A stretch of DNA of 64,000 nt from NCBI RefSeq assembly GCF_009914755.1, contig NC_060926.1; one strand, given 5' to 3'. The notes below the pieces were generated by a model. The model did not search any database, had not been told where the DNA came from, and was given only the letters and a program-made list of their open reading frames with translations. Position numbers and translations under genes: made by a program. The stretch is from the human T2T-CHM13v2.0 reference genome, Homo sapiens. Of this stretch, positions 1 through 12,723 are shown piece by piece; the first letter of the stretch is position 1; each line of letters opens with the position of its first letter.

Positions 1-212
1 ATGTTAGTGTTGCTTTTAACCACAATATACAGAAGATTAGGAGCCAATTCATTATATGTTATTTAATGAGTTATATTTATACTATATAATGGCATTGTTA
101 AATTCACACAGTACCCTGCTTAATATTCAAAGCACTTTACTAGAGCACACTATTTTAAGCTCAAAGCTGTCCTTTGTCATAGGGAGGCAGGAAGAGTATG
201 CCTATTTTATTT

Positions 213-430
213 AGCATGGTGGTTATGAACTCAGCCTCTGAATTCATGCTGCCTGGATTTAAGTCCTGGCTCCTACTTACCAACTGTGTGACCTAAGAAA
301 TGTTACTGACCTTTCTGTGCCTCAGTTGTCTCACTCATAAAGCAGGGTGAGTAGTAGTATCTACATCATGGGGTGTTATAGAATTTGGTGAGTTAATGCT
401 TGTAAAGGGTTTGATGCAGTGCTGGGCATG
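213..430 (+). mobile_element. MIR SINE
   Basis: MIR core-like: GCCTGGATTTAAGTCCTGGCTC...ACTGTGTGACC...TTCTGTGCCTCAGTT...CATAAA, followed by GTGAGTTAATGCTTGTAAAG. Confidence 0.8.
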
Positions 431-469
431 CTGCTAGTCTCCAAAGTATGTTACATGATTCTCAGTTAC

Positions 470-910
470 ACTCCTTCCCTCATGATCCATTCTCCACGCA
501 GCACTCAAAGTGAACTTTCAAAACTGAGAATCCCTTCATGCCACCTGGCTGCTTAAAATACTCTGGGGACTGCCCATGGCAAGGGATTGAAATCCAAACC
601 ATTCACCATGGCCAGGCCTGTTCTCTAGACTGTGCCTAGCTCTGTGCACTCATCTTTCTCTCCTCACCCGTGCCTGGCTCCTGTGCTCTAAGCATGCTGC
701 TCTCCTTTTCGTTTTTCAAACACACCAAACTCTTTTCTGCTTCAAGGACATTGCCTGAACCCCCTTCCCCCAGATCCTCTGGCACCTCTGATTCATGTGC
801 CAACTCAAGGCAGATTCAGGAATGAAGGCTGCCTTCCCTGACTACCCAATCCCAGTTGCACCTGGCTGCTGCCACAGCCCTGTTGAATGAATAGATGAAT
901 GAAATTTTGT
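470..910 (+). mobile_element. L2 LINE 3' fragment
   Basis: CCATTCTCCACGCAGCA...TGCTTAAAA motifs and an L2-type tail TGTTGAATGAATAGATGAATGAA at ~881-903. Boundaries approximate. Confidence 0.6.
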
Positions 911-1169
911 GAACCTTCAGGCTCATGGCACACTATCATCACTAGTCCTTGCTTTATTCTATTTTCTTTATAGCTCTTATCCCTTAAACAATGCATAAAT
1001 GTACACACAGGTTATTTATTTATCTGAATAAATCTGCAGTGATGCATAAGTCCCTTAGAACTCAGAATCTCCTTGGCTGATACTGTCATTCTTTCCATAT
1101 GCTCTCTTGGCTGGTGGTTCTCCAAGTTCAGTGTGTGCTGGGCCTATCTCCAGAGTTTCTGATTTGGTA

Positions 1170-1570
1170 GGCCAGGGCAGATCTCTTTGGGAAAGTGACA
1201 TTCAAGGATGAGGCTTAAAGGATGAGAAGAAGTCCAATCACATGGGAGCTGGAGGATGAGAGTTCTAGGCGGTAGGAACAGCAAGTGCCAATAAGCTGAG
1301 CTGAGAAAAGAGCTATAGTGTTTGAGTAACAGAAGGAAGGTGAGTACGGCTAAAGCTTGGAGGGAGAGTGGGAAAGAATTCCAGGCTGACCTTGAACAGG
1401 AGGCAGGGGTCTGATCAGGCAGTGCCTATTGGCCCTGTGGGGGAGGGTAGTTTGTGTTCAGAGTACAGTGAGAAAGCTTTGCACAGGGGAGAAACATGAT
1501 CCAATTCACATTGTTTTAAAGGTTCACTCGGGATGCTGTGTGGACAAAGCCTTGTAAAGGGGCAAAAGTT
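1170..1570 (-). mobile_element. L2 LINE fragment
   Basis: Purine-rich antisense L2 signature: AAGGATGAGAAGAAG...GGAACAGCAAGTGCC...CATGATCCAATTCACATT. Confidence 0.55.
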
Positions 1571-2823
1571 CAGTAATGAGATTCATTCTACTCCTTCCTT
1601 TGAAGCAGTCCTCTGGTCTACACTGACTTCCCACAGAGCCCACTGTGTGTTTTGGGCTCTAGAGCTGCTAGAGAACTCCTTTAAAGTAGGTGGTTGCCAT
1701 TGTAGCAAACAAATGAATATAGTGTCTGCCTCAATTCCCAACTTGGAGGAAAAGCTTCAAGCTCACAGTCTCTGTCTAGGGAGCAGCCCATGTCTTTTTC
1801 TGTGTAGGGGAACTCTGTATTCTGCCTCACCTATCCTGTTGCTCTGGCCCAGGTGTTGGACCAGGAGAGACACCAGGGTGGCCAGAATGCAGGCTGGCCT
1901 GCAGTTAGCGAGGTGGCCTGGCACAGGGCTCTGCCTAGCAAGGTTAATGATAGTGAACAAACCACTCCCATCAGACACTGTCTTTTGCAGCAGCAGCAGT
2001 AGCAGATGGTAGCAGGACTCGAGGCTTATGTGCAGAGAAACATCATGAGGCTGCAGAAGCCATGAGAGCGAGGTTATGAATTAGAGTCCGAAGTGAGCAG
2101 AACTTATTGGCAAACCTAAAAGGCAGTGGAAAAATACCTAGAGCAAAATGGGTTGCTTGGTGATGGCGGAAGAGGCAGAGGCCAAGGCAAAGCAACACTA
2201 GGTCCCCAACCTGGTAGAGTCCATTAACTTCTGCTGCTGGGAAGTAGAATGAATGGAAGCAAAGAGGGCCGGGTTTCCAGAGGGGTGCCAAGTCCTCAAG
2301 GTAATCCGTTTCAAGCCTGCCTCTTGTGGGCTTCTCTGCCTTGATGACCTCCCTTCTATACACGTCCTGAAATACCTTCCTACCCACACTCATTACACAG
2401 AGTGCCCCAAACCCCTTGCCAAAATGAACCTACACCCACACCCCACCTAGGAATGGAAATTCCTCCTTGCTTACTGGAATTCCTTTACAGCCCTTGGATG
2501 TACAACTTGTTGTAATTTAACACTGTTCTATCATTGTTTAGGCCAGAATAATGTCTTCATTTTTAGTTGAAACTTTAGTATAAATTTGCCTTCACAGAAA
2601 GAAATGAACACCTGTTGCACCAAAATATGAGAAAGTAGCCATCTGACTGTAAATTACTATAGAATAGCAAAATCTCCCCTAAAATATAATTTTTAATTCA
2701 TTGAGCTTATGATTTATACATTTTTTGGTATGTAAAATTCTAAAAATGAAATATAAAATATGGTAACATTTTCTCAGAGGTGCAAAAGAGGTGCACCACT
2801 TACCTGTTTAAAACCACTTATTA

Positions 2824-2958
2824 GGCTGGGTACAGTGGCTCATGCCTGTAATCCCAACACTTTAGGAGACCAAGGCGGGAGGATCATATGAAACTACGAG
2901 TTTGAGACCAGCCTGAGCAACAAAGCGAGACCCTATCTCTACAAACAAATTTAAAAAA
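2824..2958 (+). mobile_element. Alu monomer (FLAM_C-like)
   Basis: A single Alu arm, GGCTGGGTACAGTGGCTCATGCC...GAGACCCTATCTCTAC, plus an A-rich tail. Degenerate flanking repeat AAAACCACTTATTA / AAAACTCATTTATTA. Confidence 0.8.
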
Positions 2959-3845
2959 CTCATTTATTAGTAATTCATAACCTTTAGGGAATAATCTCAG
3001 ATCCTTAGAAGGAAATTGGAGGCCCATCTCTTCAGCCTCCTCTACCAACCCATTTTTCTGCTTTGTTTTCCAAAATGCAGAGGTCCTGCTCCATCTGTAT
3101 GGAACCACCTGTAATGTACTGACCAGGTGTGCTCTCTCATGCCTTGTACTGTTATAGCATGTCTGGTCTGGAAGCCTCTCTGCAACTTCAGTCCCCACTA
3201 GTTTGAGTGACTCCCCTCCTTGATCACACTTGGAGCTGACTTCTTCCATTACATTGTGATGTGTTCCACTGGGCGTTTCTGTTTACTTGTACATTCAGGG
3301 CTAGGATCTCAGCCTCCAGAAGACAGGGACTGTGCCTTTATCTTTCTCCAGGGACTAGCTCTGTGCCAGGGCATGTATAGCGTGTGGCCCAAAATAAAGG
3401 TTTATGGAATGAAGGAATGAAGCTGCAAAGTCTCATGCCATGGTCTCAGAGGTATGGCTTGGGGTTGCCCCAGGAAGACAGATTTGGTACTCTCAATATC
3501 TTTATCACAGAATATGTATACAGTCCTTCTTCACACATGATTCCTAAATAATGTCATGCATGGGTGGCATGCTTCATGAAGTTTCAGGGTTTTAAATACA
3601 TCTCCCTTCCCCCAGGTCCCACCTAGAAAGGTCAAGTGTGTTGTATAAACCCTTCCTCTGTATGTGGCCTAGATGAGGAGATCAAACACCTCACCTGTCC
3701 CAGGAGCAGAATGTTTTCTGGGTCTCACTGGAGTCTGGCTTTGATTACTTTTTAATCATTGGCTTCAGTCTGTGGGAACTAAACCTACATGCCACCTCCT
3801 CAGAGGCATTTTGTCTCTCTGGACAACTTGTTCATTCCTTTATAG

Positions 3846-4183
3846 CAGCGGTCCTCAACCTTTTTGGCACCAGGGACCAGTTTCATGGAAGACAATTTTT
3901 CCATGGATGAGGGAGTGGGGGGGTTGGTTTTGGGATGAAACTGTTCCACCTTAGATCATCAGGCATTAGATTCTCATATGGAGCGTGCAGCCTAGCTCCC
4001 TCACATGTGCAGTTCACAGTAGGGTTTGTGCTCCTATGAGAATCTAATGCTGCTGCTGACCTGGCAGGAGGTGGAGCTCAGGTGGTAATGCTTGCCCCTG
4101 CTGCTCACCTCCTGCTATGTGGCCCAGTTTCCAACAGGCCACAGACTGGTACCAGTCCACAGCCTAGGGGTTGGGGACCCCTG
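3846..4183 (+). mobile_element. MER1B (hAT-Charlie non-autonomous DNA transposon)
   Basis: Termini CAGCGGTCCTCAACC...GGTTGGGGACCCCTG. 8-bp TSD CTTTATAG (3838-3845) / CTTTGTAG (4184-4191). Confidence 0.9.
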
Positions 4184-5359
4184 CTTTGTAGCACTCAGTA
4201 CAATTTTACTGATATATTTATTTCTTTACCCTCTCTCTCAGAGTTGGGCATGAGCTCTGCAAGGGTGGGGATGGTGCCTGTTCTATTCATTGCTCACCAC
4301 ACAGTGTGGCTTCAAAGGTACCTGATGAGCATCTGCTGGGTTATGTTTGGGTTGAAATACCCTCCAAGTGTCATACTACTAACTGGCATGCCCAACTTTG
4401 AAAAATATCACATAATTTCTCTCTCTCAAAAAAAAAAAAAAAAAAAAAAACCCTGAAGGGTGTGAATTGCTATTACTGTTTTACCTGTAAGGTAATAGCC
4501 CAAAGAGAGGTTGACTTGATGAAAATCACAGTCAATGAGAGAAATAAAGACTTGGAACCAGATTTTCTGATAGAAAGCCAGTTTTTTGACTTCTACAATT
4601 ATCTTTAGAGAAAATTTCAGGAGTGCTAAACTATGCAATGCTATTCCAAAGGTCACCTGGTGGAAATTCTATTGTCCCTCTGCCAGGTGCATACTAGGGA
4701 AGAGAAAGAAAATCAACAGGATGATAATGAAATGATGGTAGAAATGATCCAGCCTATTGAACATGCTGCTTGGCTTTCCCTTACAGTTGTTATAGTAACT
4801 TATTATAAAACAATAAGACACAAATCTTTAATTCACACCAAAAAATAAACTCCCTGTAATCTCATATGTGTGCCATCACATCTTTAGGAAGCTTTTTGTT
4901 AGTTGAGTTGATAAGCATCGACATTGAAGTCTTATCAGTCCAACAAGAGTGAAGAGAATTCAAATGTGAAGTTCAATCCGGTCAAGAATTTGTTATTGGG
5001 CAGGAACCAATAAAAATGAGGCTCTGAGTTCATTATTCTAGTTTTTAGAATGCTCTGTCAGAATAAATAGTAGAAAATATTTTATTTTCAAAACATAATG
5101 TTTTATACATATTAGTGTAAAGCACTATGACTCAGATATTCTAGTTACCATATCTAAACATTATGGCAAAAATTGCTATAAGAACACATGGAGATAGTAC
5201 AAGCTTCTATGAATTATGATGAGCAAATGGCATTGATTCATGTCTCTGTGAATTAAAAGCTTAGGAAATGTCTATAGACCTTCCCCTTTGATGTATTGTC
5301 TGCTAATCTTTATAAACAATTTCCTGGATATTCTCATGATAAATTTAGATGTTTTAATA

Positions 5360-5606
5360 CAATGTTTCTTAAATGATTTTGATTACAATTCACAGTGAAA
5401 ACTACATTGGAACCCAAGGTACACATACATATGTATATATAACTGGAAATGTGTCTTACAACAATACCTTTGCTGTGTACCATGTATTCTGGTATTTTTT
5501 ATTTTATTCTTTCCTATTTCATTAGTTAAAACAAATTCTGGTCATTATCCAGTAAGCTGACTTCATGTCCCTTTCACGGATTGTGCCCATAAGCTTAAAA
5601 ACTCTC
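5360..5606. mobile_element. hAT-Charlie-type MITE, copy 1 (old)
   Basis: Starts CAATGTTTCTTAAA and ends AAGCTTAAAAACTC. Homologous along its length to 6263-6513. Confidence 0.6.
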
Positions 5607-5614
5607 TTAGAGGG

Positions 5615-6138
5615 TGTTCTCGGCATATATTGCTTTGCAACAAACAACTGCTACTTTGTGGCTTAAAACAAAAACAGTTTTTATTACATTTCAACATTTT
5701 ATTGGTCAGGAATTTGGGCAGTGTTTGGCTGGGTGATTCTTATGTTCCATATGGCATTAATGGGTTCACTTGGCAGCATGTGGCTGAAGAATGACTGGTT
5801 TTAAGGGCCCCAGATGGCTTCACTCATATGTTGTTGGAGATGGCTAGAAAACTTGGCTCAAGTGGGACTGCCAATAGAAGGGCCTGCATGTGCCCACTCT
5901 GGCTTAGAGAACTCTAAGTAGTTGAATTACATGATGGCCCAAGAATCCACCAAACAAGATGGAAGCTCTATGACCTTTTATGACCTAGCCTTGAAAGTCC
6001 CACTGTGTCATCTCCATGGTACACCATAGGTGAAAGCAGTCACAGAGCCCACCCAGATTTAAGGAAAAGGAACATAGATCCTAATTCTCAGTGGAAACAA
6101 TGTCAAAACATTTTTGGACATGTTTTCAAAACCATACA
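5615..6138 (-). mobile_element. MLT1 (MLT1H-like) solo LTR, ERVL-MaLR
   Basis: GTGGCTTAAAACAA...GGTCAGGAATTTGGGCAG...TTTTATGACCTAGCC...CCCAGATTTAAGG...TTTTCAAAACCATACA; TG...CA ends. Confidence 0.8.
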
Positions 6139-6262
6139 AGTAGCATTGAGTCATGTTTCTCTGAATTAAGAGCTGTGGATATATCTATGGACCATCCCTT
6201 TTGATCTAAAATTTATAAACAGTAACTTCTCTATTCTTATATTAAATTCAAATGTTGTAATA

Positions 6263-6513
6263 CAATGTTTTTCAAATGATTTGACTATAATCCACAGTGA
6301 GAAATACATTTTTCATTACAATCCAGGACACACACACACAAACTACACATACATAACATTAAAAATGCTTTATGAAACAATACTTACACTGTGTACCTTG
6401 CATTCCATAGCTTCTCTTGTATTTTATTATATTTGTAAATAATGGTAGCTATTACCCACTAAATGAATTTCACACTCATTAATGAACTGTGACCCTAAGT
6501 TTTAAAAACACTG
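6263..6513. mobile_element. hAT-Charlie-type MITE, copy 2 (old)
   Basis: Terminal inverted repeats CAATGTTTTTCAAA...TTTTAAAAACACTG; internal ACCCACTAAATGAATTTCAC. Confidence 0.7.
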
Positions 6514-7263
6514 TTTTAGTGGATGATCCCTTTTTTCAGTTTAGGCCCAAATTTGCCTTTTCGAGACCCTTAGCTCTTGGAGATCAAGAAAGTGGTTTTA
6601 TTATGCTTTGTTTCTGATGCCATTGTAGATGTTCAGTAAATGTTTCTTGAGTCTTGAATTGAGAGAAAGAAAAAAAATAAAGGAACGAAATTTCTCTTAC
6701 TCTGTCTACAATTTTACATTTGTCTTCTATTCTCTTTGACCTCAGTGTTACAGTTCAGTGAAACTTGTGCAGAAGTTATACATCATGATATATAACAAGG
6801 CTAGTGGTGGCTAAAGATCTATTATTCAGTTGAATTTCTTTCTTTCCTTCCAGCCTTTCTTCTGTCCAACATCTAGCGGAAAGATAGACATGTAAACAGA
6901 AAACACTAATACAAGTTCATAACTGAGATGGTTGACAGTCTGTCCAAAGTGTGCAGAGTAGGGAGTTATTACTTCTGTCTGTAGTAGAATTGGTGAGGCC
7001 ACACAAAGCAAAAGCCATTTAGGAGGATGAAAAGGATTTGGTTAGATAGATGAGGAGAAGAAATGTTTTCCTAGTGGAGGCGCAACATGAAGAAAGACTG
7101 AGAGGTGAGATGTGTCTGCAGGGGGTCCTGAGAGTCTGTGACATTCCTGTGAGTGTGGAGGACAAAGAGAGAAGGGAGGAAGGGAAGGATGGGGAGAGAA
7201 AACTGAGGAGGTGAGTTGGGGCCATGTCAAGAAAAGCCTTATGACATATTAAGTCATTTAGAT

Positions 7264-7779
7264 CAGGGGTGCTCCCTGGTACCCGTCAGTGGCTTGTTAG
7301 GAACTGGGCGGCCCAGCAGGAGGTGAGCGGGGAGCAGGGGGCGAGTGAGTGAAGCTTCATCTGTATTTACAGCCACTCCCCATCACTTGCATTACTGCCT
7401 AAGCTCTGCCTCCTCTTAGATCAGTGGCGTCATTAGATTCTCACAGGAACAAAAATCCTACTGTGAGCTGCGCATGCGAGGGATCTAAGTTGTGTGTTCC
7501 TTATGAGAATCTAATGCCTGATAATCTGTCACTGTCTCCCATCACCCCTAGATGGGACTGCCTAGTTGTAGGAAAACAAGCTCAGGGCTCCCACCAAGTC
7601 TACATTATGGTGAGTTGTGTAATTATTTCATTACATATTACAATCTAATGATAATAGGAATAAAGTGCACAATAAATGTAATGCACTTGAATCATCCCAA
7701 AATCACTCCTTACCCCAGTCCATGGAAAAATTATCTTCCACGAAACTAGTCCCTGGTGCCAAAAGGTTGGGGATGGCTG
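7264..7779 (-). mobile_element. MER1A (hAT-Charlie)
   Basis: CAGGGGT...GGTGCCAAAAGGTTGGGGATGGCTG, inverted relative to the MER1B. Degenerate 8-bp TSD ATTTAGAT / TTTTAGAC. Sits in an L2-like stretch. Confidence 0.9.
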
Positions 7780-8207
7780 TTTTAGACTCTATCCTGAAAG
7801 CAACAGAGGAGTGTTTCATCATATGGCACCGTTCTTAAAAATTATAGGCAAAGGTCAGCACATAGAGATATGAACCAATACAACCCTGCCAAAGGCCCTC
7901 CCAAAGTAAGCATATGTCTCTTTATTTCCAGCAGAGGAAATTAACAGCACCAGACTTTCTTCATTATTAACATGAACAAATGGTGGCTTCGGTCTGTGAT
8001 CTATAGCTGTAAGATAAGCTGCTATGCTGTATCCCAGGAATACACTGGAACCTGGTTTAGGGACGCAAGGTGGGGACTCAGGATAGCTGAATTGCTTTTG
8101 GCCACTCTTAGATTCCTAATCTCTGGTGTGACGTGACACTTCAGAAAAGTGGGCCCTAGTTTTCTCCACTGCAAATTATGAAGTGAGATTAGATCAATGA
8201 TTTATAT

Positions 8208-8544
8208 CAGCAGTTGCACATTTTTTTTCTTATAAAGAGCCAGATCATAAATACGTAGGGTTTGTGGGCCATATGGTCTCTGTAACAACTACTCAGCTCT
8301 GCCATTGTAGCTTGAAAGCAGCCATAGACAATATAAAAATGAATTGGCATGGCTGGGTTCCAAAAAAGCTTTATTTGCACGTGCTGAAATTTGAATTTAG
8401 TACAATTTTCATATCTCGTGAAGTATTGTTCTCATTATTTTTTTCAACCATTGAAAATGTGTAAAATACCTTCTTAGTTTGCACGTTGTAAATAGCAGTG
8501 GTGGGCTGGATTTTGGCCTATGGGCTATTATTAGCCAATCCCTG
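8208..8544 (+). mobile_element. MER58B (hAT-Charlie)
   Basis: GTGGGCCATATGGTCTCTGTAACAACTACTCAGCTCTGCCATTGTAGC...GGGCTGGATTTTGGCC...CCAATCCCTG. Confidence 0.85.
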
Positions 8545-8904
8545 TTCTCTATGGTTACATCAAAGTATAAGGTTTCTATATATGCCCTATTTCCTTACAG
8601 GAAACATAGAATGGTTTTTAAAAGTTCAACAATAGTATATTTTCTAATGTTTGTACATTTAATAATTTAGTTTTAAACACAGCCAACCTGTATGGATAAG
8701 ACTTATGTTGGTTATAAGGGTGCTTACTTTTTGGTAACAAAGATTTGTGGAAAAACTATAGGACCAAAATTAATTAGCTTCCCTGACACTCCTACTATGA
8801 CTACAGATACTTTAAGGAATTACTTTATCAATTCTTATGTTGTCACACAGACGGATAAGAAGTTACAGTATTAATATTTTTAAAACTTTTTTTTTTAAGT
8901 GAGA

Positions 8905-9395
8905 AAGAGCTGAACAGATATTTCTACATCCATGTTCTGACAGCATTATTCACAATAGCCAAAAGGTGGAAATAACCCAAATGCCCACAGGTGAATGGGT
9001 AAACAAAATATGATATATACATACAATGAAATATTATTCAGCTTTAAAAAGTAATGAAATTATGATACATGTTACAACATGGATGAACCTTGGAGACATT
9101 ATCCAAGTGAAATAAGACCGGTACAAAGAGACAAATATTGCATGAATCCACTTAAATGAGAACCCAGAGTAGTCAAATTCATAGAGACAGAAAGTAGAAT
9201 GGTGGTTGCCGCAGGCTGAGGGAGGGAAAAATGGGGAATTGATGAATGGGCACAGTTTCAGTTTGGAAAATGTAAAAGTTCTGAAGATGGATGGTAGTGA
9301 TGGTTGTACAGCAATGTAAATGTACTTAATGAACTTAAAAATGGTAAAATGGTAAAATGTATGTTATGTCTATTTTACCACAACAGTTTAAAAAA
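8905..9395 (+). mobile_element. L1MB-type LINE 3' end
   Basis: GCATTATTCACAATAGCCAAAAGGTGG...ATGGATGAACCTTG...AGAGACAGAAAGTAGAATGGTGGTTGCC...TTTTACCACAA. Confidence 0.85.
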
Positions 9396-11089
9396 GGAGA
9401 ATAATAGAACAATGAAATAGTTGACCTAGCATCACACAAGACAGAAAGAAGATCGGAGTCAGCTGCAGGACTAGGACCTGGGATAGTAGTGCAGGGCTCT
9501 TTGACCACAAGATGACTGTGACAACTTTAAGATCTTTCTTTTGAGCCCTTTGTAATGGGCACTTTGCAATATTATTTCAGAGAATCTCAACTGACATTTT
9601 ACAGAGGAGGAAACAGAGGTTCATTTGTCAAGGAACCAACAGGCAAGGTTGGGAAGCAAACCCATGACTGTGCTTCCAAAGCCTTTGTCTTGACCACCAC
9701 AGAACACCACTTCCCCGAAATTCTGAAGCCATCTATCTTGGAGTAGGGAAGCCTCTGCCACTGAATGCAGGTTTTTCAGTGTAAATCATGGAGCCATTGC
9801 TACCCCTGAAGGCGAGAGGCTCCCGTAACTGCGCTGCCTGAGTCTGGGCCCGCGGCACAGGACCTGGTGCTGTTGGTTTATGGTAAAGCAGGAAGGTGGT
9901 GCCTCGTGCTGGCAGATGATGCTGCGGGCCAGGTTCGTTTGTGTCTTCACTCTCAGAAGCATGGCTAATACAGCCTTTTAACTCACAGATTCCCACCTCA
10001 AATGTTTACATGACACCACTAAATAAAAAATATGTGCATGCTCTACCTCCCCCACTTGACTGTAAGGTAAAGGCAGGAGCTGGGCCTCTTTAATATTTAT
10101 ACCCTCCATAAGCTCACCCTGTGCTAGGGTTTGCATCAAGTAGGCACTCAGCAAATATTTGTTGAATGAATGCATAAATGAATGTTAAATCATCTGCCTC
10201 CAGATTTTCCTTTTGTTTCCAATTTTCCCTTCCATCTGACATATGCAAGTGCCTCCCGTGTCCCTTTCACAGATATTACAGATGCCCTCAACTATTTTTT
10301 GTGTTCTTCTGGCCTGCTTTTTCTCATTGCTGCTGCAACAGACTGAGGGCCAAAAATAGAAACCTCCTTGACAACTTTGCAGAGGACTTACATTCCTGAT
10401 TCCTAAGGTAGCAACACTGACTCTGTTGGAGCAGGATGGGAATTTCATGACCTGTCACATATTTGATTTTGCCTGATTTTTACAAGGGATAAAAGTTTTC
10501 CCTGCATGGTGGTTGATGCAACTTGCAATCACCCTTGGAAGTTAGGGTTTGGGACAAATAGAAGAATGTCATCAAACAGAGGAATGTCACTACTTGTCTT
10601 AAGGATGCTTCCAAATTCTTGAAAAGGAGACAGAATTTCTTTTCCTTTCTCTTTTTCTCCTTCACTTCTTCCCTCCCTCTCTCCCTCCTTCCTTCTTATT
10701 TTATTTCTTTCCCTCTCTGGATATCTCTGGTTTATGGCAGGGCCCATGACTCATATGTGTTTTCAAGCCAGTGCATATTATGAAGACACAAGACAAGAAT
10801 GTGTATAAACACATACTCTGCCATAATGCTGATTTCTTTGGATTAAACTGGGGGAAAAAACAGCAACAGACACTGCCTCAGTCTAGAATTATCTGTAATC
10901 CATATACATCAGCACATGGTTTCCAGTATTGTGTTATGGGGAATTAGAGAAGAGACCTGGCTCCTTCTCTCAGGGATACTACAGTATGCTAAGAAGATAG
11001 GACAGAGATAGAGTTAATAATACAAGTTAGCATCTAAGTGATAAGTGGGTACTAATAGAATCTAAATAGTCACTCTTAATAAAAATCAT

Positions 11090-11640
11090 TTCCATTTATG
11101 CAGTGCTTGCTAAATTCTAGATACCATGCTAAGAACTTTATATCCTTAGCTCTTTTGAATTCCAACCATAACCCACAGCCTCAGTACACAGGTGTGGGGA
11201 GGCAGTGAAGTGCAGTGGTTGGTGCCAGGCTATGGAATCAGACTGCAAGGTCCTGGTCCCTGGTGTCTCTTGGCATTCCCTACTGCAGAGAGAGAATATT
11301 CCTTCCTAGACATTGAGTCATTGTGCCAGCGTCTGCTACCAGCCAGGTGACCCCTTGAGCGCAGATGCCCCTCTCTCTGTTTCCATTTCCTTGTCTATAA
11401 AATAAGGATAATCACCGTGGAACTTACCTTATAGAGTTTATATTAAATGAGATAATGTAAGTATAGTGCTTAAAACAGTGCCTGACATAAAGTCAATGAC
11501 CTATAAATATTAGATTTTATGACCGAGGCTCAGAGAAGTTAAATAACTTGCCAGTGTTCACTCAATAAATTTATATCAGAATGAGAATTCACACTCAAAC
11601 CTGACTGATCCCAAGGCCCTCTGATCTTAACCACTTCACA
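11090..11640. mobile_element. Cluster of MIR fragments (both orientations)
   Basis: Plus-strand MIR at ~11200-11510 (CTGTTTCC...TATAAAATAAGGATAAT...ATTAAATGAGATAATG), flanked by minus-strand MIR pieces (GAGGCTCAGAGAAGTTAAATAACTTGCC). Confidence 0.65.
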
Positions 11641-12363
11641 GTAATGGTTGTTCAGAGAGCAGTAAATCATTATGGATTAGTGTAAAAAGGGGGAAGATTT
11701 ACAGAGAATGTGAGAGAGTTTGAAGGATGGAGTAGAATTTATTGAAAAAGAAATGGTGACTCTAGGCTTCAATGTAGAAAAATCTAGAGTTAACAAAGTG
11801 CCTCTCCCCATTTCCTTTGCCCAGCAACTACCTCTAGATTTCCTTTTTTTCCAATGAAGAAGACACAGCAGCTAAAATGCTCATCCCTGGGGATGGACAA
11901 AAATGCTTCCTGCCCTTCCCTAAATCTCCTGCAGTGGTGCTCTGGGTCATGGTTTCTTTTGTTTTATTTTAGGTTTTACTTGCTAATGTGCATGTGAATT
12001 AAAAAAATCTAATATTTTAGCACTTAATTATGTAACTCATTTATTTAAGTTAGAAACAATGTTTGTAAATGTGGTAGGAAGGGTATACCAGCTCTTCTCT
12101 CTTTGAGAGAACTAGGATCCTCTCAAAGTTAAGGAAATAGGGAAACTCTGTGTATATATGTATGCATTATTTTTCCATCTCCATCTAGGAACACAACAGA
12201 AGTTGGGGAAGCAACCACTCTTGGCATTAGAAGCTACAGGAGACTGGCTAGCACAAATTCAATCTTTGTAGTTCTCAGAGATTTGCAGATTATATTTTAC
12301 ATTTTCTAACCTTAGCATTGACCACAATAAGGGTCTCTCCTTCCTTTTCCATGTTAACCCTTG

Positions 12364-12723
12364 TAATATGCTTTGGCTATGTCCCCACCCAAATTTCATC
12401 TCAAATTGCTCCCATAATTTCCACGTGTTGTGGGAGGGACCCAGTGAGAAATAATTGAATCATGGGGGGCAGTTTCCCCCATACTGTTCTTATGGTAGTA
12501 AATAAGTCTCACAATATCTGATGGTTTTATAAGGGGTTTCTCTTTTTGCTTGGCCCTCATTCTCTCTTGCCTGCTGCCATGTCAGATGTGCCTTTTGCCT
12601 TCTGCCATGATTGTGGTACCTCCCTAGCCACATGGAACTGTGAGTCCATTAAAATTATTTTTCTTCATAAATTACTCAGTCTCGGGTATGTCTTTATCAG
12701 CAGTGTGAAAACAGACTAATACA
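12364..12723 (+). mobile_element. THE1 solo LTR (THE1C-like), ERVL-MaLR
   Basis: TAATATGCTTTGGCTATGTCCCCACCCAAAT...CAGACTAATACA. Perfect 5-bp TSD CCTTG (12359-12363 / 12724-12728). Confidence 0.92.

Noticed and set aside
4418-4450. A23 run as the tail of a retrocopy
   Set aside because: Preceded by (TC)n, with no recognisable retroposed body or TSD. Treated as a simple repeat.
4902-4944. Hairpin GTTGAGTTGATAAG...CTTATCAGTCCAAC as a pre-miRNA
   Set aside because: The stem is only ~14 bp with mismatches and wobbles, too short for a Drosha substrate. CTTATCAG resembles miR-21 only by coincidence.
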